Source: Methanobacteriota archaeon
GTDB taxonomy: Archaea; Thermoplasmatota; Poseidoniia; Poseidoniales; Thalassarchaeaceae
Direction: 5' to 3'
DNA length: 64,000 nt
NCBI GenBank assembly: GCA_004195615.1
Contig: PSPW01000001.1
Coordinates: forward strand, 82,881-146,880
Shown here piece after piece: positions 17,542 through 27,413 of this stretch (positions within the stretch are counted from its first letter, which is position 1; the number at the start of each line of letters is the position of its first letter). Position numbers and translations under genes: made by a program. A model generated the notes under the pieces. The model was not told the origin of the DNA and did no database searches. It saw only the letters and a program-made list of their open reading frames with translations.

Positions 17542-18495
17542 ATGCAGGACCCACAGGACCTCTCTGAAGGCGGGTTCGGGCAGATTACCTACCCATCCTC
17601 CAGCCCCTTCGAGATCCACCACATCCTCTGCAAGATGGACGAGGCAGTCGAGCACCCCGTGTTCGGCTCCCTTCTGGTCCCAGAGGAGCCTAGCGAGGGA
17701 CCGATGCCATGCGTTGTCGCCGTCCATGGCAGCCTCAACTGGCGCGGGCACCACCACGAGCACATCGTGCGCTGGCTGGATGCCGGGATCTGCGTGTTCA
17801 GAGTCCACTCCTTTGACTCCAGATTGGTGTACTCGGTAGTCGAGGACCAGATGCAGGTCACCCACGCGATGATTCTGGCCGACTGCTTCCAGGCGCTGAG
17901 GATGCTCTCCACCCATCCGGCGATAGACGAGGGCAGGATCGGGATAGCCGGATGGAGCCTCGGCGGGACCGTGGCGCTCTACTCCGCATGGGAGCCGATA
18001 GCCGAGTCGCTGGCCCCGGCGGGAGAGAGGTTCGCAGCGCACCTGCCGTTCTACCCCGCTGCCCACATGCGGACGGAGGACCCGCGATGGTCCGACAGGC
18101 CGATACTGGCACTCCATGGGAGCGCTGACGACTGGGTCCCGCTGAAGCTCCTCGAGGGACTCATCGAGGAAATCTCCCCGCATGGCGTCGACATCAGGGT
18201 GCACGTCTACGACGGGGCCCCTCACTCCTTCGACTCCATCGATCCCCTGGACTTCGACCCGCGGGCCATCAGGCTGGACGACCACAGGACGGTGACTATC
18301 GACTCGGAGGGGAACATGTGGGGGGAGATCGAGCCAGGAGTGATAATGCCCCTGAACGAACCAGCCGAGAGGCTGGCTGCCTTCCAGGCAGTGAGCAACC
18401 TCGGAGTGCACAAGGGAGTGGACTGGGAGGCGAGGAAGCACTCACTGGACCTCGCTGTGGAGTTCCTTGAAGAGACCCTGTGTCGAGGGGGCTAG
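17542..18495 (+). CDS. Dienelactone hydrolase-family alpha/beta hydrolase
   Basis: RIGIAGWSLGG nucleophile elbow, LHGSADDW, VYDGAPHSFD. Confidence 0.85.
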   Translation: MQDPQDLSEGGFGQITYPSSSPFEIHHILCKMDEAVEHPVFGSLLVPEEPSEGPMPCVVAVHGSLNWRGHHHEHIVRWLDAGICVFRVHSFDSRLVYSVVEDQMQVTHAMILADCFQALRMLSTHPAIDEGRIGIAGWSLGGTVALYSAWEPIAESLAPAGERFAAHLPFYPAAHMRTEDPRWSDRPILALHGSADDWVPLKLLEGLIEEISPHGVDIRVHVYDGAPHSFDSIDPLDFDPRAIRLDDHRTVTIDSEGNMWGEIEPGVIMPLNEPAERLAAFQAVSNLGVHKGVDWEARKHSLDLAVEFLEETLCRGG

Positions 18496-18555
18496 CGGCC
18501 CTTGAGGTCATTTCGTCAAGGTAGGCTTTTATCCGCCTCTCTAGGGCAACGGACG

Positions 18556-21500
18556 ATGAGGCGCACAGCAGTATTACTAGTAATACTGATGCTGACAGCG
18601 ATTCCTGCTTCGATGAGTCAGGATTTCCGACTGGCCGCCATCCCATCCCAGATGAGCACTGGATCGGGGGCGAACTGCCCCAACCAGACCCATTCGGGGG
18701 ATGCCTTCTACGCAGACGGATCGACTGGAAACGACTCTTGGAATGGAACCCAGGACTGCCCGACCGCCTCCATCCAGGCCGCTGTCGACCTGGCTTCCGA
18801 GAACGGCACGGTGATCGTCAGAGAGGGTGTCTACCACGAGGTCGTCACGTTGGACCAGCAGGGAATGAGGCTGAGGGTAGCCGATGGAGAGAGAGTCATC
18901 CTAGATGGCAGCCGAAGCGTTACTGGCAATCTCGGGGGCTCATGGTCGGTCCACGACTCCTCGTCGACTGAGGGGATCGTCTGGAAGGCGGACCTCACCC
19001 AGGACGCATGGCAGCTCTTCGTGGACTACGAGGAGGAGATGCCAGCGAGGTGGCCCAATGCGAACTTCTCCGACGGGACCGCCCTGGACGACGACGAGTA
19101 CTGGGCCCACGGAAGCGTGAACGTTGATGACTACGAGACGAACGAGACCGCAGCCTGCAACGAGGGGATGTCAAAGTACCAGAGTGGCAACAAGTACTAC
19201 TGCCTCAACTACCTCAATGGCGAGCTGGAGGACGACAACTCATCCTACGCAGGGCACAACGGCCTAATCGACAGCGGCGTGAACGCTACTGACGCGATTG
19301 CCGTCCTGAACATCGGCTCCTTCAGGACGTGGAGCCGAAACGTGACTTCACACAACACCAGCAACGGCTCCTTCAACTTCGAAGAGGTACCCAGTGACGA
19401 GTGGAAGTACAAGCACCACATGTACTTCCTGACACAGAAGCTCGAGCTGCTCGACGTGCCTGGCGAGTGGTTCTTCGACCACGAGTCGTCGGCCAACACC
19501 GTCTACTACATGCCGAGGGACGGCAGCGACCCCAACGACCTAGACATCAGGATGAAGACCCAGCCGTACGCCATACTGTGCTCGGACGACGATGGGGTGG
19601 TGGTCGAGGGCTTCGACTACTTCGCCACCACCTTCAGCCTCGATGACTGCGACGGCTCGGAGATCAGGAACTCCACTCTACTCTACCCCAGCACCTCGAA
19701 GAGGTCTCTCGGCCATGCGGGCGAGGACATGGACAACCGATACGTCTCCAGATTCGATGACTGCATCAGCTGCCTGGTGGACAGCTGTGACTTCCTTTAC
19801 ACCGATGGGGCGGCCTTCGAGGCCCACGGAGGGGCGTCAAGCTCCCAGAACAACACCATCAACAACTCCTACTTCTACCACATCGACTGGTCAGGTTCCG
19901 ACCAAAAGAGCCTGATGACGACCATCATGATGGACGGCACGACCAACCGGTTCACCAACAACACGATGCACAGGACGGGGACCTCCGCGACGATCAGGAT
20001 CGGCAACGCCCCCCAAATCATGTTCAACGAGATCTACGACACCGCCCACATCCAGTCAGACGGGACGGTCGTCCAGATGATGCAGGCAGAGCAGGAGAAC
20101 GCGACAGTCGCCTACAACTGGATCCACGACGTGCCCAAGTACGGCATCAGGATGGACGGGCCGTTCGGCGGTACTAACTCAGGCAGGAACGCGAGCGTGC
20201 ACCACAACGTGCTGTGGAACGTGAACGGCGCCATTGTTGTGAAGGGCGACTACCACAACGTGAGTAACAACACGGTCCTCCTGGGATCCGAGGGCGACAG
20301 GAACCACATCATAGTCCTCTACGACTCGACCGGGGGCAACGAGAACTCGACGATCATGTCCAACGCGGCAAACTCCATCAGCGGTCATCGGACAAACTCG
20401 AACCTCACCGACCCGATTCCCGTCAACTCGACGGCCATCGGCAACAACTGGAACGGATACGACCCCCAGAACACAGGTGAGAACGTCTCCGGAATGCTGG
20501 TCTCCCCCGAGACGAGCGACTTCAGGCCCGTGTTCGGGTCGGAGATAGGCCAGATGGGAGCGGGGGCGTACTCCAGCACCCAGAACGCTACCGTCCCAGC
20601 CGACCCGTCCTCCTTCGACCCATCGACCTACTACTGGCTGCCCGGGATCAAGAGGAACGTCTCGAGTCCCTATCAGAGGACGTCCTTCGACCTACCATGC
20701 CCGTCTGGCCAATATCGATCCGCCGCAGGAGCCTCCTGCGAAGCAGCCCCTGCCGGTCAGCACGTCCCACTCTGGGGGTCAAACTCTCCGACCGAGTGCA
20801 CGACTGGGACCTGGCAGGACGAGACAGGACAGTCCAGCTGCATCGAGGCCGATGCGGGTAACTACGTCGGCACCAACGGGTCGATGATTCAGATACAGTG
20901 CTCCACAGGTTCATGGCAGGACCAGCCCGGTCAGGCGAGCTGCATGAACGCGAGCGCCGGCTACTACGTGGACACCAACGAGTCGGCTACGCAGAACCAA
21001 TGTTCTCCGGGGACATTCCAGCCCCTCGCAGGGCAGACATCCTGCATAGAAGCGGATGCTGGTCACTACGTCGCCCAAGCACCTCTTGAATTCACCTCAA
21101 TCTCTGGAAAATGGGGGCACACTTGTGGAATTATGGTGGACGGAACCCTGTATTGCTGGGGGGACGGAGATTCTGGTCAAATCGGTGACGGGGGGCTGGA
21201 TGATCGTAGTTACGCCGTGGCGGTTGACTTGCCTCCGGGACGAGCCGCGATCTCGGTTTCAGCGGGTTACGCTCACTCGTGCGCCGTATTGGACAACCTC
21301 TCCGCATACTGCTGGGGGATGGGCGGATGGGGGCAGATGGGGCATGGTTCTTGGGATTCCAATCTTGTCCCGGGCCCAGTTTCACTCCCCTCGAACAAAA
21401 CTGTTAGCTCCGTAGTTGCGGGATACGACCACTCCTGCGCATTGATGAACGACTCCTCCCTATACTGTTGGGGAAAGAACGCTGTAGGCCAACTAGGCAA

Positions 21501-24500
21501 CGGTGATGCGACAGTAACCCACTCCTTCAGCCCAATCTTGATCATTGGTAGTTCAGTTGAGTTCGTATCAGCTGGGAATCAGCAAACCTGTGCAATATTG
21601 TCCAATGGGACAGCGTACTGCTGGGGAAGGAACGACTATGGGTCATTGGGCAATATCGAGCAGGGATGGAATGACGACTCGTACGAACCCTTGCAGGTTG
21701 ATGTCCCCCCTGGCAGGGAGGTCACGGTCATTTCTGCAGGAACATCATTACACAGTTGCGCGACTCTGGACAATGGTTCCGCATATTGTTGGGGTTACGG
21801 GAACGATGGGCAACTAGGAAACGCCTCTAGTTACGATACCACCAACTGTGCCGGATACTGGTGCACGTCGGGGCCTACTCCGGTTCAAGTCCTGTTGCCC
21901 CAAGGAAGCAACGCCACCTCGATCAAAACAGGGGGCTCTCACTCTTGTGCAACGCTGTCAAATTATTCCCTTTACTGCTGGGGGCACAATTGGTATGGAG
22001 AGGTCGGTGACGGAACTCAATCATCCAGACTGGTTCCCGTGCTAGCCTCTATCGTTCCCGAAGGAGGAATCTCAGACTTCTCTGCCGGGGGTGGCTATTC
22101 TTGTGTGGTGACTCATGATGACTCTGCATTCTGCTGGGGTGATGGTTCTCTTATGGGAAATGGTAGGCTCGGGATTGGTGAAATCAACGCAACCAATCAT
22201 CTCAATCTAGATCCATTGTTGGAAGTTCGGGGTCCTTATGTTCCCTTCATTAGCCAGACAGCCTGCTCCCTTGGTTCCTACCAGTCATCCACCGGCCAAT
22301 CATCTTGTGATGAAGCAGATGCGGGCCACTTTGTGAGCACGAACGGGTCGGCCACACAGACGCCCTGCGAACTGGGCACCTGGAACAACATGACCGGTCA
22401 AGTCTCCTGCACGAACGCGAGCGTCGGGCACTACGTCGATACCAACGGGTCCGCGACCCAGACCCCCTGCGGACTGGGCACTTGGAACAACATGACCGGT
22501 CAAGTCTCCTGCACGAACGCGAGCGTCGGGCACTACGTCGATACTAACGGGTCCGCGACCCAGACCCCCTGCGGACTGGGCACTTGGAACAACATGACCG
22601 GTCAGTCCAGCTGCACGAACGCGAGTGCCGGCTACTACGTGGACACGAATGGGTCCACCATGCAGACCCCCTGTGACGCGGGGACGTACAACCCGAGTAA
22701 CGGGTCCAACTCGTCTGCAGACTGCCTGACCACTCCTGTGGGCAACTACTCCGGAGCCGGAGCGGCCTCGCCGACACAGTGCTCACCAGGTACGTGGCAG
22801 AACCAGACGGGGCAGTCGAGTTGCATGAACGCCAGTGCTGGCCACTACGTGGACACCAACGGGTCGACTACGCAGACTCCCTGTGCTCCGGGCACATGGA
22901 ACAGCATAACCGGGCAGTCCAGCTGCATCCCGGCATCCCCCGGATACTACGTGGACACCAACGGATCTACCTCCCAAACTCCCTGCGATGCAGGGACGTA
23001 CAACCCCAACTCATCCTCCAACTCCTCCACAGACTGCCTGACCACTCCCGCTGGCAACTACTCCGGAGCCGGAGCGGCCTCGCCGACACAGTGCTCACCA
23101 GGTACGTGGCAGAACCAGACAGGGCAGTCCAGCTGCATCGATGCCAATCCCGGGCACTACGCATCGGGATACGGGAATACAAATGAGACCCAATGCGGGC
23201 TGGGCACTTGGACAGACCAGACGGGACAGAGCTCCTGCGCACCGGCATCCCCCGGATACTACGTGGACTCTAACGGGTCGACGACCCAGACCCCCTGTGA
23301 GTTGGGGACGTACAACCCTAATTCGGGGTCGAGCGATCCATCTGATTGCGTCCAAGCCAGTCCCGGCTACTACGTCGACCAGGAGGGGCAATCGAGCCAG
23401 ACCCCATGTTCCGCTGGCTCGTACAACAACATCACTGGGTCCACCACGTCGTCGGACTGCATCGATGCACAACCAGGATACTACATCGCCTATCCCGGAT
23501 CAACCTCACAGAGCCCCTGCCAGTTGGGGGAGTTCCAGCCATCGCCCGGTCAATCCTCGTGCATCGATGCCGATCCGGGCAACTATGTGGATTCGCTTGC
23601 CTCCACCAGCCAGACGGCCTGCTCCCCTGGCTCGTACCAGCCCAACTACGCGCAGACAGAATGCCTATCTGCAAATGTGGGGCACTACGTCGAGACCTCT
23701 GGATCTGCCAGCGAAACCCCCTGTGATGCGGGGACGTACAACACATTCACCGGATCGGTAGTCTCATCGGACTGCCTAGAAGCGGATCCGGGTTACTTCA
23801 CGGCCTCCTCGGGCTCATCCTCGCAGGTCGCTTGCTCGCCTGGTTCGTACCAGCCCAATCCGGGAGCGACCAGTTGCATCTACGCTACGCCGGGACATTT
23901 CGTCGACCAAGCAGCGGCGACTTCGGAGCAGAGCTGCCATCTCGGAGAGTACCAGCCCAGCACCGCTAGGCAGAGCTGCATGACTGCAGACATAGGGTAC
24001 TACGTGGACTCGATCGGCTCTTCCGGCCAGACGAAGTGTCTGCCAGGCAAGTACAACCCCGACGAGGGGGCCATGACGGTCGATGCATGCATAGATGCCG
24101 CGCCCGGATTCCACGTCCCGACGACCGCAACTGGTGTGAGCAGCCAGACTCCATGCTCGGCTGGGACTTACCAAGCCGCCTATGGGATGACGGAATGCAC
24201 CGAAGCCGAGGCGGGCTACTACGTAGACACGACTGAGGCCTCCTCTCCTACTCCCTGCTCCGCCGGTTCCTATCAGCCAAGCACCGGACAAGTGAGCTGC
24301 CTTGACGCGGGTGATGGGCACTACGTTGCCGGGACGGGGCAGTCCGAACACACGCCGTGTCCGATTGGGACCTACCAGCCCGACGTGGGCAAAATAATCT
24401 GCGAGGACGCGGATCCGGGTTACTTCGTTGGTGAGGAGGGCTCCACCACGCAGACTGGTTGCCATGCTGGGACCTACCAGCCCGGCCAAGCACAGGAAAG

Positions 24501-25992
24501 CTGCATCTCTACAGAGCCGGGGTATTACGTGACTGGGACGAAGGCCACCGAGAAGACCCCCTGCTCCCCAGGGAAATGGCAGAACCAGACCGGGATGACC
24601 ACCTGCAACAGCGCAGAGCCCGGATTCCATGCACCAAACCCGGGAGCGGATGATCAGACTCCCTGTCCGAGTGGGACGTTCCAGTCAGAGTTCGATAGTA
24701 TCGAGTGCGAGAGCGCCCAACCGGGATACGTCGTCAGCCTCGATGGCATGACGGTTTCGAGCCCGTGTCCCACAGGATCCTACCAGTCAGCAGGTGGTCA
24801 GACCAGTTGCACTGAGACGTCTCCGGGGTACTACGTGGACTCCCTTGGTTCCACCGAGCAGTTGTCATGCCAACCAGGGACATGGCAAGACCTCGGGGGC
24901 AAGTCTGGATGCCAGGACGCGCAACCTGGTTACTACGTCGATACCGAGGCTTCGATTGAACAGTCTATCTGCTTAGAGGGGACATACCAGCCGGAAACCG
25001 GCCAATCGGCATGCATAGTTGCACCCACTGGATTCTTCGTGGAGTCCCCGGGCTCATCGGTGCTAACGAAATGCTCCTCGGGACAGCACCAGCCCACCGA
25101 GGGCAGCACTTCCTGCGTGGACAAGCCGGTCAACCCGGTCCTGATAGGGGGTGGAGCTGCCGCCGTTATCATACTACTATTGGCCTCAGTGGTTGGCTTC
25201 AGGGCCTACAAGAGGAAGCAAGATGCGGAATTCGAGGCAATGATGTCAGAGGACCCGGAGGGGGTCGACGCGGAAGACGAGGCTCCCGTGGTAGCGGAGG
25301 AAGCCGAGCCAGTTGACTACAACTCCATGACCGTGCCCCAGCTCAAGGAATTGCTGCAAGAGCGTGACTTGACTGTTGGCGGAGTCAAGACCGAGCTCGT
25401 TTCCAGGCTCGAGGAGGACGATGTGCAGTTGGAGAAGTTCAAGGCGAGGCTTGGGCATGTGGAAGTGGCGGCAGATGTCGTGGAGGAAGATGATGAAGAT
25501 GACCTCCTAGAGGACCTGGAACTCGATGATGACGAGGATGATGAAGATGACCTCCTAGAGGACCTGGAACTCGATGATGACGAGGAGGATATCGATCTAG
25601 ACGAGGAGGATATCGATCTAGATGTTCCTGAGACAACTGAGGAGATTGAGACCACCGAGGTGGAGGGGGAAACCACCGAGGTAAGCGAGGAGATCAGCGA
25701 TGCTGAGTTCGAGGAGTTCGAGGAAGAGGTGACCGATACCCAGGTGGTTGCAGAGGCTCCGGTGGTTGCAGAGGCTCCGGTGGTTGCAGAGGCTCCGGTG
25801 GTTGCAGAGGCTCCGGTTGAGACCAGCGAGGAGATCAGCGATGCTGAGTTCGAGGAGTTCGACGAAGAGGTGGCGGTAGCAGAGACGCCGGTCGGGGCCA
25901 GCGAGGAGATCAGCGATGACGAGTTCGAGGAGTTCGACGAAGAGATCAGTGAGGAAGAGTTCGAGGAGTTCGAGGAGTTCGACGACGAATAG
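18556..25992 (+). CDS. Giant type I membrane surface protein: signal peptide, parallel beta-helix domain, about 32 Cys-rich (GCC2/GCC3 or ephrin-receptor-like) repeats, 7-blade RCC1 propeller, TM helix, SAP domain and acidic tail
   Basis: Signal peptide MRRTAVLLVILML. SIQAAV/VREGVY/PARWPN/LDVPGEWF and Asn-rich coils. Repeats CxxGx(W/Y)QxxxGQxSC. Seven CWG-ending blades. TM followed by RAYKRK, then MTVPQLKELLQERDLTVGGVKTELVSRL. Confidence 0.9.
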   Translation: MRRTAVLLVILMLTAIPASMSQDFRLAAIPSQMSTGSGANCPNQTHSGDAFYADGSTGNDSWNGTQDCPTASIQAAVDLASENGTVIVREGVYHEVVTLDQQGMRLRVADGERVILDGSRSVTGNLGGSWSVHDSSSTEGIVWKADLTQDAWQLFVDYEEEMPARWPNANFSDGTALDDDEYWAHGSVNVDDYETNETAACNEGMSKYQSGNKYYCLNYLNGELEDDNSSYAGHNGLIDSGVNATDAIAVLNIGSFRTWSRNVTSHNTSNGSFNFEEVPSDEWKYKHHMYFLTQKLELLDVPGEWFFDHESSANTVYYMPRDGSDPNDLDIRMKTQPYAILCSDDDGVVVEGFDYFATTFSLDDCDGSEIRNSTLLYPSTSKRSLGHAGEDMDNRYVSRFDDCISCLVDSCDFLYTDGAAFEAHGGASSSQNNTINNSYFYHIDWSGSDQKSLMTTIMMDGTTNRFTNNTMHRTGTSATIRIGNAPQIMFNEIYDTAHIQSDGTVVQMMQAEQENATVAYNWIHDVPKYGIRMDGPFGGTNSGRNASVHHNVLWNVNGAIVVKGDYHNVSNNTVLLGSEGDRNHIIVLYDSTGGNENSTIMSNAANSISGHRTNSNLTDPIPVNSTAIGNNWNGYDPQNTGENVSGMLVSPETSDFRPVFGSEIGQMGAGAYSSTQNATVPADPSSFDPSTYYWLPGIKRNVSSPYQRTSFDLPCPSGQYRSAAGASCEAAPAGQHVPLWGSNSPTECTTGTWQDETGQSSCIEADAGNYVGTNGSMIQIQCSTGSWQDQPGQASCMNASAGYYVDTNESATQNQCSPGTFQPLAGQTSCIEADAGHYVAQAPLEFTSISGKWGHTCGIMVDGTLYCWGDGDSGQIGDGGLDDRSYAVAVDLPPGRAAISVSAGYAHSCAVLDNLSAYCWGMGGWGQMGHGSWDSNLVPGPVSLPSNKTVSSVVAGYDHSCALMNDSSLYCWGKNAVGQLGNGDATVTHSFSPILIIGSSVEFVSAGNQQTCAILSNGTAYCWGRNDYGSLGNIEQGWNDDSYEPLQVDVPPGREVTVISAGTSLHSCATLDNGSAYCWGYGNDGQLGNASSYDTTNCAGYWCTSGPTPVQVLLPQGSNATSIKTGGSHSCATLSNYSLYCWGHNWYGEVGDGTQSSRLVPVLASIVPEGGISDFSAGGGYSCVVTHDDSAFCWGDGSLMGNGRLGIGEINATNHLNLDPLLEVRGPYVPFISQTACSLGSYQSSTGQSSCDEADAGHFVSTNGSATQTPCELGTWNNMTGQVSCTNASVGHYVDTNGSATQTPCGLGTWNNMTGQVSCTNASVGHYVDTNGSATQTPCGLGTWNNMTGQSSCTNASAGYYVDTNGSTMQTPCDAGTYNPSNGSNSSADCLTTPVGNYSGAGAASPTQCSPGTWQNQTGQSSCMNASAGHYVDTNGSTTQTPCAPGTWNSITGQSSCIPASPGYYVDTNGSTSQTPCDAGTYNPNSSSNSSTDCLTTPAGNYSGAGAASPTQCSPGTWQNQTGQSSCIDANPGHYASGYGNTNETQCGLGTWTDQTGQSSCAPASPGYYVDSNGSTTQTPCELGTYNPNSGSSDPSDCVQASPGYYVDQEGQSSQTPCSAGSYNNITGSTTSSDCIDAQPGYYIAYPGSTSQSPCQLGEFQPSPGQSSCIDADPGNYVDSLASTSQTACSPGSYQPNYAQTECLSANVGHYVETSGSASETPCDAGTYNTFTGSVVSSDCLEADPGYFTASSGSSSQVACSPGSYQPNPGATSCIYATPGHFVDQAAATSEQSCHLGEYQPSTARQSCMTADIGYYVDSIGSSGQTKCLPGKYNPDEGAMTVDACIDAAPGFHVPTTATGVSSQTPCSAGTYQAAYGMTECTEAEAGYYVDTTEASSPTPCSAGSYQPSTGQVSCLDAGDGHYVAGTGQSEHTPCPIGTYQPDVGKIICEDADPGYFVGEEGSTTQTGCHAGTYQPGQAQESCISTEPGYYVTGTKATEKTPCSPGKWQNQTGMTTCNSAEPGFHAPNPGADDQTPCPSGTFQSEFDSIECESAQPGYVVSLDGMTVSSPCPTGSYQSAGGQTSCTETSPGYYVDSLGSTEQLSCQPGTWQDLGGKSGCQDAQPGYYVDTEASIEQSICLEGTYQPETGQSACIVAPTGFFVESPGSSVLTKCSSGQHQPTEGSTSCVDKPVNPVLIGGGAAAVIILLLASVVGFRAYKRKQDAEFEAMMSEDPEGVDAEDEAPVVAEEAEPVDYNSMTVPQLKELLQERDLTVGGVKTELVSRLEEDDVQLEKFKARLGHVEVAADVVEEDDEDDLLEDLELDDDEDDEDDLLEDLELDDDEEDIDLDEEDIDLDVPETTEEIETTEVEGETTEVSEEISDAEFEEFEEEVTDTQVVAEAPVVAEAPVVAEAPVVAEAPVETSEEISDAEFEEFDEEVAVAETPVGASEEISDDEFEEFDEEISEEEFEEFEEFDDE
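22373..22604 (+). repeat. Near-perfect 102-bp tandem repeat (about 2.3 copies) inside the giant gene
   Basis: tggaacaacatgaccggtca begins at 22381, 22483 and 22585. Confidence 0.9.
22720..23120 (+). repeat. Internal duplication with 312-bp offset inside the giant gene
   Basis: ggcaactactccggagccggagcggcctcgccgacacagtgctcaccaggtacgtggcagaaccagac is identical at 22741 and 23053. Confidence 0.88.
25489..25620 (+). repeat. 48-bp x2 and 21-bp x2 tandem duplications in the acidic tail
   Basis: The unit encoding DDEDDLLEDLELDDDE starts at 25489 and 25537. gacgaggaggatatcgatcta starts at 25579 and 25600. Confidence 0.88.
25743..25814 (+). repeat. Perfect 18-bp tandem repeat x4 (encodes VVAEAP)
   Basis: ggtggttgcagaggctcc repeated four times. 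Confidence 0.92.
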
Positions 25993-26000
25993 GGCCGTGC

Positions 26001-26660
26001 CTAGCCGACGGGTTCCCCGCCTTCGCCCATGAAAGCGAGCCTACCGAGGGATCCCTCTTCCAGCATATGGGAAACGACAGATTCGGGTACCGATTCACCC
26101 ATCACCGATCTCACGGCATCCTCATCGTAGACGGTCGACATCATGTGGGCAGTGGCCCTGACTCTCCAGCCCTCGTATGAGTCGCGATGTTCGAGTTGTT
26201 CGAGGATTACTGGCCATCCGGAGGACTCGTAGAGCTCCGCCGTGCCGATATCGGTGGTGAACAGTGACCCCGAGGCTCCGTGGTACTTCTCGGCATGGGA
26301 GACCCAGTTTGGAGGGTCTTCGATATCCGGGACCGCTACGATAGTTGCTGTGATTCCAGCCGACCCCAGCCATGTTTCGAGCATTGTGGACCTCTCTCCT
26401 GCGGACCATGGGTTCCTCATCGAAGGAGGTTGATTGGATGAGCCGATGGCGATTATGAGTTGCTTGTCGCTTGCATTTGTGGAACGCCATTCCTCAGCGG
26501 CCCGGATTATCAGAGCGTGCCCCTTGTGGACCGGTTGGAACCTACCCAAGACGACCACGCCAGATTCGGGTGGTTCTGCTGGAGGCAGGGGCTCCAGTGG
26601 TAGATCGCTCAATTTGGCGGCCTCCACGCGTCGGAGAATTTTGCTCGACCGATTCTCCAT
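26001..26660 (-). CDS. nadM: Nicotinamide-nucleotide adenylyltransferase (archaeal NadM type)
   Basis: GRFQPVHKGH, IAIGSS, RNPWSAGER. Confidence 0.85.
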   Translation of the reverse strand: MENRSSKILRRVEAAKLSDLPLEPLPPAEPPESGVVVLGRFQPVHKGHALIIRAAEEWRSTNASDKQLIIAIGSSNQPPSMRNPWSAGERSTMLETWLGSAGITATIVAVPDIEDPPNWVSHAEKYHGASGSLFTTDIGTAELYESSGWPVILEQLEHRDSYEGWRVRATAHMMSTVYDEDAVRSVMGESVPESVVSHMLEEGSLGRLAFMGEGGEPVG

Positions 26661-27286
26661 TCCCCTGCATCGAGGAATTCACGACCCACCATCAGCTGCA
26701 TTTTCGACTTCCTGAGAGACTCCATGACATTGAAGAGCGACTCGCTCAGGGTCCGGTGCGACTCCATGGTGGGCAGGATCATCGGATCCTCGGCCGGCTC
26801 CATCGTCTCGCCCATCTCTTCCCTCCTAGACATCCAGTCCAATACCACAGACTCGGAGTAGGATGACCTGTCCATCCTTGAAAGGGCTTCTGAGAACTGC
26901 TCCCATACCTCTGGCAGGAGGAAGTCATCGGGCCCGGTTACGGATTGGTCTAGCATCGGCTCGACGTATAGAAAAAGCCGCGCGTCCCAGCACCTCCACT
27001 GGACCGATGAGCACCACTTGGCGAGAAGGAGTCTGAGTTCAGCTGCAGCATCGGTGGGAGCCTCGTGGAGGACCATCCCACTCCCTAGCCCTGATGCCCC
27101 GTCAATGATCTCGAGGACCTCTCCCTCCAGATCCACATCGAAGTCGCGGTGAGAGTGGGGATCCGCCTCCGGCCTAGAGTCCCTGAGGGATGATTCCTCC
27201 ATCGCAGACGATATTTCGGACACGCTCATCGCCATCAACGCGTTAAGCAGACCTCGGTCGACCAGATGGAGCATCACATCGACCAT
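26609..27286 (-). CDS. Hypothetical protein
   Basis: 225-aa acidic ORF with host-like codon use, overlapping the 5' end of nadM. No motif recognised. Confidence 0.65.
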   Translation of the reverse strand: MVDVMLHLVDRGLLNALMAMSVSEISSAMEESSLRDSRPEADPHSHRDFDVDLEGEVLEIIDGASGLGSGMVLHEAPTDAAAELRLLLAKWCSSVQWRCWDARLFLYVEPMLDQSVTGPDDFLLPEVWEQFSEALSRMDRSSYSESVVLDWMSRREEMGETMEPAEDPMILPTMESHRTLSESLFNVMESLRKSKMQLMVGREFLDAGEWRIGRAKFSDAWRPPN

Positions 27287-27413
27287 GCACGCGATGGGCC
27301 GCTGATGGCCAAATACCCTCGCTCGATGGATTCAGGCCCTAACGTTCCACCGAATTCAAGAATGTGGGGCCACGCCACCATCAACAGGTAGATGCTAGGG
27401 GCGTGGATTTTGG

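Noticed and set aside
17323-18441. 372-aa minus-strand ORF
   Set aside because: Antisense shadow of the high-GC3 fabH and hydrolase genes, with no recognisable motifs.
22373-23120. Near-identical repeats as a possible diversity-generating retroelement TR/VR pair
   Set aside because: Differences are not adenine-specific, both copies are in-frame coding repeats, and no reverse transcriptase is present in the window.
25743-25814. Short direct repeats as a possible CRISPR array
   Set aside because: The units abut with no spacers, are in frame within a CDS, and no cas genes are present.
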